Positions 17,350 through 26,465 of a stretch of DNA of 27,719 nucleotides are shown piece after piece. The notes beneath the pieces are model-generated. The model searched no databases. It was given only the letters and a program-made list of their open reading frames with translations, and had not been told where the DNA came from. The DNA comes from Burkholderiales bacterium (GTDB lineage Bacteria; Pseudomonadota; Gammaproteobacteria; Burkholderiales; Usitatibacteraceae). The stretch is taken from positions 1 to 27,719 of the forward strand of contig JAJAYN010000459.1 of the NCBI GenBank assembly GCA_026786225.1, given 5' to 3'. Each line of letters begins with the position of its first letter. Positions within the stretch are counted from its first letter, which is position 1. A program made the position numbers and the translations under genes.

Positions 17350-18231
17350 ATGATGTCTAGACCGATCTATTCTGTCGGTGATCGCTGGTTCGGGCGTGTC
17401 AACGCAATATTGCTGACCATATTTGCACTTTGCGCGCTTTACCCCATCGTCTATGTCACATCGCTATCCATGAGTTCGGGCGAGGCAGGGTCGAGCGGGC
17501 AAGTGTGGTTGTGGCCGGTTGAGTGGACTCTGGCTGCGCACCAACATGTCGTGAAGAATTCATTATTTTGGATTTCATACGCCAACACTTTTTTCTATAC
17601 CGTGACCGGCACATTGACTAGTTTGGCACTTGTCATTCCGGCAGCATACGCACTCTCGAAAGCACGGTTGCGTGGTCGCCGCGTGATTGGCTTCTTCATC
17701 GCGTTCACCATGTGGTTTCATGCCGGCATGATTCCGTTCTACCTCAACCTGCGTGATCTGGACCTGCTCGATTCGCGCTGGGGAATTGTGATTGCATTCG
17801 CATTAAATGCCTTTAACGTCATCCTCATGCGCAACTTCTTCGAGTCTGTATCTCCAACCTTTGAAGAGGCGGCGCGCATAGATGGCGCAAATGATTTCCA
17901 GATCCTGTGGAAGGTCTACATTCCCTTGGCCAAGCCGGCCATTGCGACTGTCGCATTGTTGTGCGCGATTGCACGGTGGAACGGCTATTTTTGGTCCATG
18001 GTGCTGCTCAAGACGGAAGACAAGATTCCACTTCAAGTGTTTCTGAAGAAGACCGTCATCGAGGTAAATATTACCGAGTCAGTTGCAGGCGCAATTTCGC
18101 AGCAACCTTACTCGCTCGAGACCATCACTGGCGCCATCATCGTCCTGTCGATCATTCCGGTCCTGATCGTCTATCCAATGATTCAGAAGTACTTCACCAA
18201 AGGTGTGACGCTAGGTGGAATCAAAGAATGA
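17350..18231 (+). CDS. ABC permease (AlgM2 type)
   Basis: AYALSK, FTMWFHAGMIPFYL, FEEAARIDGANDFQIL (EAA loop), WNGYFW, YPMIQKYFTKGVTLGGIKE. Confidence 0.92.
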   Translation: MMSRPIYSVGDRWFGRVNAILLTIFALCALYPIVYVTSLSMSSGEAGSSGQVWLWPVEWTLAAHQHVVKNSLFWISYANTFFYTVTGTLTSLALVIPAAYALSKARLRGRRVIGFFIAFTMWFHAGMIPFYLNLRDLDLLDSRWGIVIAFALNAFNVILMRNFFESVSPTFEEAARIDGANDFQILWKVYIPLAKPAIATVALLCAIARWNGYFWSMVLLKTEDKIPLQVFLKKTVIEVNITESVAGAISQQPYSLETITGAIIVLSIIPVLIVYPMIQKYFTKGVTLGGIKE

Positions 18232-19838
18232 AGCGCGCCTTGCAACCTGGCCGGCGTATCGCCGAACCCCCATCAGTGGTGAAGCGGCTCGCCGCTTATT
18301 CGATGACGTCGGTGGTAACTGGCATTTTTGCGGCCAGCATGCCCGCGTTCTCGCAAGTCGAACGTCCACACACGACCAACCCGGTGGAACTCACGATCCA
18401 TATGCATTTCCGTGACAAGTATGTCTGGAATGAAGACTGGCCGGTCGCCAAGGAGCTGACACGTCTGACCAATATCAAGCTGATTGGCACAGCCAGCAAA
18501 GTCGCCACCAAGAGCCAGGAGCAGTTCAATTTAATGGTGGCCTCAGGAAAACTCCCCGATATTGTCGCCGGGGACAATCTCAAAGATGATTTCATCCGCC
18601 TCGGCATGGAAGGTGGTTTGCAGCCGTTGAACAAGCTGATCGACGACCATGCTCCGCATATCAAGGCCTATTTTCAGAGCAATCCGCAGATCGAGCAGGC
18701 CATCAAGGCCCCAGACGGCAACATCTACTACATCCCCTATATTCCCGACGGAACCGTGTCGCGTGGTTGGTGGATTCGTCAGGATTGGCTGGACAAGCTC
18801 AATCTGAAACAGCCGCAAAATGTTGACGAGCTATATATCGTCTTAAAGGCGTTTCGCGACAGGGATCCCAATGGCAACGGCAAGAAGGACGAGATTCCGT
18901 ATTTCAACGCTCAGCCCAGTGAGGTATACAGGCTAGTTCTGTTGTGGGGCGCGAGGTCGTCGGGATCCAACGCGGCCATGGATTTCATGATTGAAGATGG
19001 CAAGGTCGTACATCCCTTCGCGCAGGAGCGCTTTAAAACTGGCATAAAGAATGTCGCTAAATGGTACGCCGAGGGTTTGATTGACAAGGAAATATTTACC
19101 CGCAAAGCCCGCGCCCGCGAACAATTATTCAGTGCAAATCGTGGCGGCATGACTCACGACTGGTTCGGCAGCACGAGCACCTACAACCAGCCAAACGCCA
19201 TCCCCGCGAAAGTCAAAGGCTTCAACCTGGTGCCCATTGCGCCGCCGGCGGACATCAATGGTAATCGTTATGAAGAAGACTCGCGGAGGCTTGTCATGCC
19301 GGACGGTTGGGCCATGACGATCCGCAACAAACGGCCGGTTGACACCATCAAGTTGTTCGACTTTTACTTTAGCCCGGCCGGCAGGAGGCTGTCGAACTTC
19401 GGTGTCGAGGGCCAACAGTACATCATGAAAGACGGAAGGCCGACGTTCACGGAAAAATTCTTGAGTTCACCCATACCGGCGAACAGCAAATTGTGGGATA
19501 TAGGCGCACAGATCACGATCGGTTTTGTGCAGGACTATGAGTACGAAAGACAGGTGACCTTCCCCGAAGGAAAAGCAGGGCGTGACTTGTACATGAAAGA
19601 AAAGTACCTCATTTCCCAATTTCCGGGCGTCAATATGACGATCGCGGAACGCACGATCTACGATAAGTACTGGCCGGACCTTGTGGTCTACCTGGACGAG
19701 ATGGCACAGAACTGGGTGCTCGGAACCAAAGATGTGGACAAGACCTGGGATGCATACCAAGCGCAACTCAAGCGCAATGGTCTGCACAAGGTGCTGGCCG
19801 TAATGCAAAAAGCCTACGATCGTCAGTACGGCAAATGA
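18228..19838 (+). CDS. algQ: Alginate-binding periplasmic solute-binding protein (AlgQ1/AlgQ2-like); start ATG 18228, not 17907
   Basis: LTIHMHFRDKYVW.EDWPVA, SQEQFNLM.ASG.LPDIV.GDNLKD, FTRKARARE, GGMTHDWF.ST, QDYEYERQ and MQKAYDRQY closely match Sphingomonas sp. A1 AlgQ sequences as I recall them. ATGA overlap with the upstream permease. Confidence 0.87.
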   Translation: MKRALQPGRRIAEPPSVVKRLAAYSMTSVVTGIFAASMPAFSQVERPHTTNPVELTIHMHFRDKYVWNEDWPVAKELTRLTNIKLIGTASKVATKSQEQFNLMVASGKLPDIVAGDNLKDDFIRLGMEGGLQPLNKLIDDHAPHIKAYFQSNPQIEQAIKAPDGNIYYIPYIPDGTVSRGWWIRQDWLDKLNLKQPQNVDELYIVLKAFRDRDPNGNGKKDEIPYFNAQPSEVYRLVLLWGARSSGSNAAMDFMIEDGKVVHPFAQERFKTGIKNVAKWYAEGLIDKEIFTRKARAREQLFSANRGGMTHDWFGSTSTYNQPNAIPAKVKGFNLVPIAPPADINGNRYEEDSRRLVMPDGWAMTIRNKRPVDTIKLFDFYFSPAGRRLSNFGVEGQQYIMKDGRPTFTEKFLSSPIPANSKLWDIGAQITIGFVQDYEYERQVTFPEGKAGRDLYMKEKYLISQFPGVNMTIAERTIYDKYWPDLVVYLDEMAQNWVLGTKDVDKTWDAYQAQLKRNGLHKVLAVMQKAYDRQYGK

Positions 19839-19912
19839 CCACTGGGGTGGCGTGCGTTGTGCACGCATCTCCAACTCTAACTTGACCCCTTGATCCAACT
19901 CGAACTCTTGAT

Positions 19913-22222
19913 ATGAACGCCCTCCAAAAATTAGAACGGCCGACCGCTGGTCGGCTCACCATTCAGCGCGCGCCAGACGCAAACAGACCGCCCACCGAAA
20001 ATCCACCGCGATTTTGCTGGATCCCTGACATCGATAGCGGGGCACGCTATGCGTTGCGTTTGCGGGCGCAGCAAGGCAATGACCCGTACACGGTGATCGC
20101 GACCAATCTCCGACTCAACTTTTTTACGCCAGACCAATGCTTTGAACCGGGTAACTATGTTTGGAGTTATGCCCTGTGGTCTGAAGAAGGCGCGGAAGTA
20201 ATCTCAGACTGGAGTGAGGAGCTGGAATTCAACTTGGCCGATGGCTTGACACGTGCGCCGGGCCTCAAGCACGCGGATCGATATCAGGCGTGCAACACAC
20301 AACATCCAAGGTTGTGGTTGAACCCTGAAGAAGTCAGCACACTGGGAAAGCGCGTGCAAGCTGACCCGGCATATTGTGCATGGAGTGCATTCATGGATAC
20401 GGCGGTTCGGCCATGGGCCAATCGTGTGCCAATTGACGCGCCACAGCCATACCCGGGTAACAAGCGTACGCCAGCACTTTGGCGCAAGATGTACATTGAC
20501 TGTCAGGAGCTTTTGTACGCTGTGCGCCATTTGGCTATCGCTGCCAAAGTTTTGGGTGATGCTGAATTGTTGGCGAAGGCGCGCCAGTGGCTGCTGCATG
20601 TGGCCCGTTTCGATGTTTCTGGTGCCACGTCCCGCGCATACAACGACGAGGCCGCGTTTCGTATTGCAGGTGCGCTGGCGTGGGGCTATGACTGGCTTTA
20701 CAACGACTTGAGCGAAGACGAACGCGCGGAGGTTCGAACCGCACTCGGCTATCGGCTTGAGGAAGTGGCAACCCATGTAATTGACCACGCACGCATCCAC
20801 GTTTTTCCCTACGATAGCCACGCGGTTCGATCGGTAGCGTCGGTGATGGTGCCAGCGTGCATCGCGTTGCTGGGCGAGCATCCGCGCGCAAAGGAATGGC
20901 TGGACTTCGCCATTGACTATTACGACACACTATATTCGCCGTGGGGAGGTGCCAGCGGCGGCTGGGCGGAAGGCCCGCACTACTGGACGACCGCGATGGC
21001 TTACCTGATCGACGCCGGCAACCTGTTGCGAAAACATACCGGCCACGACATTTACAAGCGCGTATTGTTTCAGAATACAGGCAGCTTTCCGCTCTACACG
21101 AAGGCCCCCGATACGACGCGCGCCTGTTTTGGGGATGACTCCACCTTGGGCGATTTGCCAAGTTTGAAAGTCGGCTACAACATGCGGCATTTCGCCGCCG
21201 TCACGGGTGACGGCCATTTGCAGTGGTATTTCGAACGCATCTGCGAACTCGCCAAGGGCACTGAGGGCGAGTTTTACAACTATGGCTGGTGGAGTTTTGC
21301 ATTTGATGAGTTGCAATACCAGCATGACTTTCCGGCGGTAGCGTCAAAGGAACCGAGCGACTTGCCGCAAATGCGTTATTTTCAAGACGTCGGTTGGGTC
21401 GCCGTTCAACGCGATATGCACAACCCCGACGAGCACCTGCAGTTTGGCACCAAGTGCAGTCCCTTTGGATCCATCAGCCACAGCCACGGCGATCAGGGCG
21501 CGTTCTTGTTGTTTGCGCACGGTGAAGAGCTGGCGATTCAGAGTGGCTATTACGTGGGTTTCGGTACCACCATGCACCGCAACTGGCGGCGTTTGACCAA
21601 AAGCAAGAACGCCATCTTGATTGATGGGCACGGTCAATACGCCGGGGCAGACAAGTCGTTACAGATCCAGTCAGCAGGGCGCGTCCTGGAAGCGCGCGAG
21701 CAGACTGATGGCACGGTCTTCATCAGCATCGATCCGACCCAGGCGTATCGCCACGATGTTCCCTATCTGCGTAGTTATAGCCGCGATTTTCATTTGATCC
21801 GTGGACGTCAGCTGCTTGTCGTGGATGAAGTAGAACTCTCGCAAGAGGGGCAGGTGCAATGGCAAATGCATCTGATGAACTCTCCTCAACTTGGGCAAAA
21901 CAGCTTTCGTTATGAAGGTCAGCGTGGCGGGGTCACGGGTGAATTTGTGTTCTGTTCGTCTGGCCACGTGACGTTGTCCTCAGTCGAGGGCTTTGACGAT
22001 GTCGATCCCCTTGAGATTGAGGGATTACCCTTGCACCACCGGGTAATTGCGACGACCCCGCACGCCTGTGTTCACACCCTGGTGACCCTGCTTACCCCCT
22101 ACCGGGTAGGGTATCCAGAGCGGTTGCATCACTTTATTGATGACCAGGGATTCGCGACCCACATCTACTTTCAGGACGCCCTGGACCGCAGCTATTCAGT
22201 CACGCTACCGAAGCGTTTCTAG
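19913..22222 (+). CDS. Exo-type oligoalginate lyase, family PL15 (Atu3025 / A1-IV-like), no signal peptide
   Basis: PTENPPRF.W.PDID.GARY, HPRLWL, RAYNDEA, catalytic-region motifs YDSHAVRS, WAEGPHYW and SHSHGDQ, and C-terminal FIDDQGF...LPKRF, as in Atu3025. Confidence 0.92.
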   Translation: MNALQKLERPTAGRLTIQRAPDANRPPTENPPRFCWIPDIDSGARYALRLRAQQGNDPYTVIATNLRLNFFTPDQCFEPGNYVWSYALWSEEGAEVISDWSEELEFNLADGLTRAPGLKHADRYQACNTQHPRLWLNPEEVSTLGKRVQADPAYCAWSAFMDTAVRPWANRVPIDAPQPYPGNKRTPALWRKMYIDCQELLYAVRHLAIAAKVLGDAELLAKARQWLLHVARFDVSGATSRAYNDEAAFRIAGALAWGYDWLYNDLSEDERAEVRTALGYRLEEVATHVIDHARIHVFPYDSHAVRSVASVMVPACIALLGEHPRAKEWLDFAIDYYDTLYSPWGGASGGWAEGPHYWTTAMAYLIDAGNLLRKHTGHDIYKRVLFQNTGSFPLYTKAPDTTRACFGDDSTLGDLPSLKVGYNMRHFAAVTGDGHLQWYFERICELAKGTEGEFYNYGWWSFAFDELQYQHDFPAVASKEPSDLPQMRYFQDVGWVAVQRDMHNPDEHLQFGTKCSPFGSISHSHGDQGAFLLFAHGEELAIQSGYYVGFGTTMHRNWRRLTKSKNAILIDGHGQYAGADKSLQIQSAGRVLEAREQTDGTVFISIDPTQAYRHDVPYLRSYSRDFHLIRGRQLLVVDEVELSQEGQVQWQMHLMNSPQLGQNSFRYEGQRGGVTGEFVFCSSGHVTLSSVEGFDDVDPLEIEGLPLHHRVIATTPHACVHTLVTLLTPYRVGYPERLHHFIDDQGFATHIYFQDALDRSYSVTLPKRF

Positions 22223-22327
22223 GTCGGGCTGGTGGTGGCCACTGCTTCTGTTATTTGATGAACACTCGCCTTGATTCTTGCGTCGTCCACACAGGCTGTT
22301 TGTAGCCAAACCACTGGAGCCCGCGTC

Positions 22328-23773
22328 ATGCAAATCCGTTTGTCGTTTCTACTGGCGCTTGTGTCCAGCGCTGCTTGTGTATTTGCACAGCAGCCGCCAA
22401 AGGGCGTTACCGAGCCACATTTGGGGGCGGGATTGCGCAATCCCGACGGCTCCGCCCGCCCAGTTCCGCCGCCGCACAAAACTACGAAAAGAATCCTCGA
22501 CGTCACGCGATTCGGTGCAGATCCAATCGATAGTGCCCACGATGATCGCCTGTCCATCGAGGCTGCCCTGAATGAAGCAAAGGCAGGCGATGAAGTCTAC
22601 TTTCCCAATGGTGTCTACAACCTCAACAGCAACTCAACGAAAAACCCGGGTGCCAACATTCTGCTCAAGAGCGGTGTCAACTTGCGTGGTGAGTCTGAAG
22701 CCGGCGTCAAACTTATCAGCAACTATGACGGTGGACCCGGAAAATTCAATTTTGCAATCCTCAGGGGCGTTGATGCGAACGACATTACCGTCTCCAGGAT
22801 GACTCTCACGTCAACATGGAATCGTAAATTCTCAACGAACCCACGCGAGATGAACCCTGATCGCGGCGGTCCCCTATATGGCATTGCCATCGACGGTAAC
22901 GCGGGCAAAAACGAGCGCCTTACTTTTGAACATCTGACCGTTGAGCGTTTCGCGCGGATGGGGATTCGCCTGGGCAAAGGCACATTTGATTCCGTGATTC
23001 GATACTGTACAGCCCTCAACGCAACAGACATTGCCGGCGGTGGTAGTGGTTACGGCTTCGTGATTCAAGGGCAGACACATCAGGACAACGACGTTAACCC
23101 GTTCCTGGGCACCAACAACGACACTGCTTACAATGTCATTGAGCATTCCAAAGCTATCGGACCCTACATGCGGCACGGGGCGTTGATTCAATTCTGGGCG
23201 CACAACAACGCGATTCGCCACAATGTCTTCTCGCGAATAGTCTATGACGCCATCGACTTGCACGGCGAGGACGAATACCTCAATGAGATTCACGACAACG
23301 TTGTCACTGAGGTAACGCAGGGCGCGGGCATCGGGATCGGCAATTCCGGTGCTGGGCATGACAAAAGCGGACCCTGGAATTGGATTCATCACAACACAGT
23401 CACCAACGCAAAGGTTGGACTGACTGCCGAATATGGCACGGTCGCAAACGTAATTGAGGACAATGTTTTCCAAAAGTCGGAAAACTACGATGAGGCCTAT
23501 GGCATGAACCTGGGCTCTATCAAGAATTTCATCATTCGCCGCAACAGCATCATCAACAATTCGTCGAAGGGATTCATCGGCATCCGCCTTGTGCGCAACC
23601 GTGCGGAAGGAAGTGAACCCTCCGGCGTCGTCTCAAATACGCGTTTCGAAAACAACATCATCACTGGTAACAAAGGCGCTGGCGCACGTGCCGTGGTGAT
23701 CGTAGAGCAAGGTAACGGCAACGTCTGGACTGGAAATATCATCAAGGACAACGCGGATAACACCGCGCCTTGA
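22328..23773 (+). CDS. Secreted right-handed beta-helix protein (Pectate_lyase_3-like N-terminus), function unknown
   Basis: Signal peptide MQIRLSFLLALVSSAACVFA, DVTRFGA...DD..SIEAAL..AKAGDEVYFPNGVY, L.SGVNLRGE, then Asn/Ile/Gly-rich coils (IRHNVF, IHDNVV, IHHNTV, IEDNVF, IRRNSI, FENNII, WTGNII). GGAG precedes ATG 22328. Confidence 0.82.
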   Translation: MQIRLSFLLALVSSAACVFAQQPPKGVTEPHLGAGLRNPDGSARPVPPPHKTTKRILDVTRFGADPIDSAHDDRLSIEAALNEAKAGDEVYFPNGVYNLNSNSTKNPGANILLKSGVNLRGESEAGVKLISNYDGGPGKFNFAILRGVDANDITVSRMTLTSTWNRKFSTNPREMNPDRGGPLYGIAIDGNAGKNERLTFEHLTVERFARMGIRLGKGTFDSVIRYCTALNATDIAGGGSGYGFVIQGQTHQDNDVNPFLGTNNDTAYNVIEHSKAIGPYMRHGALIQFWAHNNAIRHNVFSRIVYDAIDLHGEDEYLNEIHDNVVTEVTQGAGIGIGNSGAGHDKSGPWNWIHHNTVTNAKVGLTAEYGTVANVIEDNVFQKSENYDEAYGMNLGSIKNFIIRRNSIINNSSKGFIGIRLVRNRAEGSEPSGVVSNTRFENNIITGNKGAGARAVVIVEQGNGNVWTGNIIKDNADNTAP

Positions 23774-24026
23774 CCAGCGTCGAAACACCGGAGGGCCGAA
23801 TGACGATGCCTGTGGGGCAGGCTGTGACAGGCCAGGGCACATTCTTGTCTTCCTCACGTGTTGCGATTGCGTGTCGAAACAACAATTTTTGCGATAAGTG
23901 CGATCAACTAGATGAAGTACGAGATTTATGACCTGACACCTCGTCAGATGTGGCGCCCGTGATTGATTCTCTCTTTGCCCCGCCGATTTTGTTCAGCGAT
24001 CTACCAATCCCGTCTGGAGAAATCCA

Positions 24027-25415
24027 TTGAAGCAGTTGATCCGGCCCGATGTGGTCCGACTCACCACGCCGATCCTGGTTGAACAAATCTGCATCAACCT
24101 GTTGAGCATTGTCAGCACCATCATGGCAGCACGGCTGGGGCCGGAGGCGGTGTCAGCAGTTGCGATGGTGGAGTCGATCAATGCGGTGATCGGTTCGGTA
24201 TTTTCGGCGCTTGGTGTCGGGGCCACTGTGGTGGTGGCGCAACTCTTAGGGCGGGGCGAGAAGACGACCGCCGCGCGCGCGACGTTGCAGGCACTCATTT
24301 CCGCGGGGCTGATCGCAACGGTGTTTGCGCTGTTATTGATCACCTTCCGCGTGCCAGTGCTGGGGTACCTCTTTCCGGGGGTAGACGCGGATGTGATGCG
24401 TAACATGCAGGTCTACCTCGCCGTTACCGCGCTGTCTTTCCCACTTAGTGCGTTGACGATTGTCGGCTGTGGCGCCATTCGCGGAGCAGGCGACACCGCA
24501 GCGACGATGAAGGTCAACGTTCTTGTCAACATCGTCAACGTAATCCTTAGCTACTCCCTTATATACGGCGTCGATCTGCCGGGCACCTCCGGGGAAAAAT
24601 TGGTCCCGGCATTCGGACTTTTAGGCGCGGCGTACGCGATCGTCTTCACCCGGCTTATCGGCGTGGGTTACCTGTTTTTCGCCGTGTTGTTGAAAGGTGA
24701 CTTCCTACCGCCACGTGCGTTGTGCCGCTATCGTTTCGATACCCACCTGCAAGCGGCCATCTTCTCGGTCGGCATCCCGGTGAGCATGGAGTCAATGATT
24801 TTCAATGGCGGCAAGTTGATCGTGCAGATCTATATTGCTGGCATGGGAACGGCGGCGATTGCCGCTAACTTCATCGCTTTCTCAATTGCCAGTTTTATCA
24901 ACATACCAGGTGCAGCACTGGCGGTCGCGCTCACCACGCTGGTCGCAACAGACGCGGGACGCGGTGACTTCAGCGCCGCCCGACGAACGATTTGGCATGT
25001 CATGCGAGTCGGCTGGATCGCGATGGCAATCGTGGGAACCATCTTCTTTCCGCTCGCCCCATGGCTTGTCGCCCAGTACTCACAGGACCCTGCAGTGATT
25101 GAACTTGGAGCACTGTTGGTCCGCATGAACTGCCTCTTCCTTGTCTGTTACCCCACAACATTCATTCTGCCCAATGGCTTCAGAGGCGCGGGTGATGCCC
25201 GATTTACAGTCCTAACCACTTTCACGGGCATGTTGATTTTCAGGCTCGTGCTAGGTTACGTTTTGGGGGTGACATTGCAGTTCGGCATTGTAGGCGTCTG
25301 GTGCGGCGTCATTGCAGACTGGTTCGTCCGCAGCCTGATGTACATCGTGCGCCTGCGCGGCACGAAATGGCAACGCACCGGACTTGCGATTCCCCCCGGT
25401 GAAAAGGAGGTTTGA
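24027..25415 (+). CDS. MATE-family transporter
   Basis: About 12 hydrophobic segments in two repeats; PILVEQ, RLGPEAVSAV, RGAGDT..TM.VN, N..LSY.LIYG, GFRGAGDARF. TTG start preceded by GGAG. Confidence 0.88.
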   Translation: MKQLIRPDVVRLTTPILVEQICINLLSIVSTIMAARLGPEAVSAVAMVESINAVIGSVFSALGVGATVVVAQLLGRGEKTTAARATLQALISAGLIATVFALLLITFRVPVLGYLFPGVDADVMRNMQVYLAVTALSFPLSALTIVGCGAIRGAGDTAATMKVNVLVNIVNVILSYSLIYGVDLPGTSGEKLVPAFGLLGAAYAIVFTRLIGVGYLFFAVLLKGDFLPPRALCRYRFDTHLQAAIFSVGIPVSMESMIFNGGKLIVQIYIAGMGTAAIAANFIAFSIASFINIPGAALAVALTTLVATDAGRGDFSAARRTIWHVMRVGWIAMAIVGTIFFPLAPWLVAQYSQDPAVIELGALLVRMNCLFLVCYPTTFILPNGFRGAGDARFTVLTTFTGMLIFRLVLGYVLGVTLQFGIVGVWCGVIADWFVRSLMYIVRLRGTKWQRTGLAIPPGEKEV

Positions 25416-25460
25416 TCAATATCACCGAACGCTATTGCCGGTTCCGGTTTGCCAATCCGG

Positions 25461-26465
25461 TCATGGGCCGACAGTTTGGGCATTGCTGGCAGACAAGTCT
25501 TTCTCAAGCTGCGCGCGAGTGGGGAGGCCGTCACAATCGCCGGGAAATTGGACAACACGCGCACCGATGAAATTGCCGCGTGCCGCAGCGGCGGCGAGGG
25601 GAAGGCCTTCGAGCAAGGCACTTATCACGCCCACTGCAAAACCGTCTCCGGCACCTACCGTGTCTACTACTTTTGCCACGGCCAGGCCAGGTGCAGTGCC
25701 TGTTCCCTGCTCGTCAGCATAGTAGGCACCTTCAACACCGAGCTTTACCACGACTTGCCTCGCGCCGCGCTCAAGGTAGAAGTCAGCGATCTCGGGCGCA
25801 TTTTGGCGCCCGGTCATCAGACGGCCTTCTGCCAGACCCGGCATGACCAGATCCGCATTGGCAGCCAAGCGATTCAACGTCTCAATCATTACCTGCGTAG
25901 AAGGCCACAAGCGCGGGCGCAAGTTTGGATCGAACGACACCCTGCTGCCGGCTTGCTTGAATTGCGCGGCAAGCGCGAAAGTGAGATCGAGTGCGCTTGT
26001 CGAAAGGGCAGGCAGGATGCCGGTGAGGTGTAAGTGGCGCGCTTGCGCGAAGTCACCAACAGGCTTATCGGCACAACTCAGGTGACTCGCAGCCGAGCCT
26101 TGACGGAAATACTCAACACTAGGATCCGCGCCATTGAGCTCGAGTGATTTCAGCATGAAACCGGTGCGGTGGTCGGCATCCACGACAACCTGCCGAAGGT
26201 CGATGCGCTCTGCCGCCATGAAGTCCAGTAGCGCGCTGCCCAGGCTGTCCTTTCCCAAGCGGCTGACGTAACCGATCCGAAAGCCCAAGCGACTCAAGCC
26301 CACGGCCACGTTCAGCTCGGCGCCCGCGGTTGCGCGTTGGAAGTCGCGCACCTCGGACAAGGCACCGGACTGCCGGGCGATGAACAAAGCCATTGCTTCG
26401 CCTACGGTTACGACATCGGGCACGTTACCGCCATCTGCGGCAGTATCAACGGGTACATTACTCAT
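25461..26465 (-). CDS. kdgK: PfkB-family sugar-acid kinase, probable 2-keto-3-deoxygluconate kinase (KguK-like branch); start ATG 26465
   Basis: GEAMALF, AGAELNVAVGLSRLG, FDPNLRPRLW, VVKLG..GA and VDTVGAGDGF. Start overlaps the PL7 stop (ATGAGTAA). Confidence 0.7.
   Translation of the reverse strand: MSNVPVDTAADGGNVPDVVTVGEAMALFIARQSGALSEVRDFQRATAGAELNVAVGLSRLGFRIGYVSRLGKDSLGSALLDFMAAERIDLRQVVVDADHRTGFMLKSLELNGADPSVEYFRQGSAASHLSCADKPVGDFAQARHLHLTGILPALSTSALDLTFALAAQFKQAGSRVSFDPNLRPRLWPSTQVMIETLNRLAANADLVMPGLAEGRLMTGRQNAPEIADFYLERGARQVVVKLGVEGAYYADEQGTGTAPGLAVAKVVDTVGAGDGFAVGVISALLEGLPLAAAAARGNFIGARVVQFPGDCDGLPTRAQLEKDLSASNAQTVGP

Noticed and set aside
17907-18227. 107-aa N-terminal extension of the solute-binding protein ORF
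   Set aside because: It overlaps the permease in another frame. ATG 18228 overlaps the permease stop (ATGA) and gives a normal signal region.
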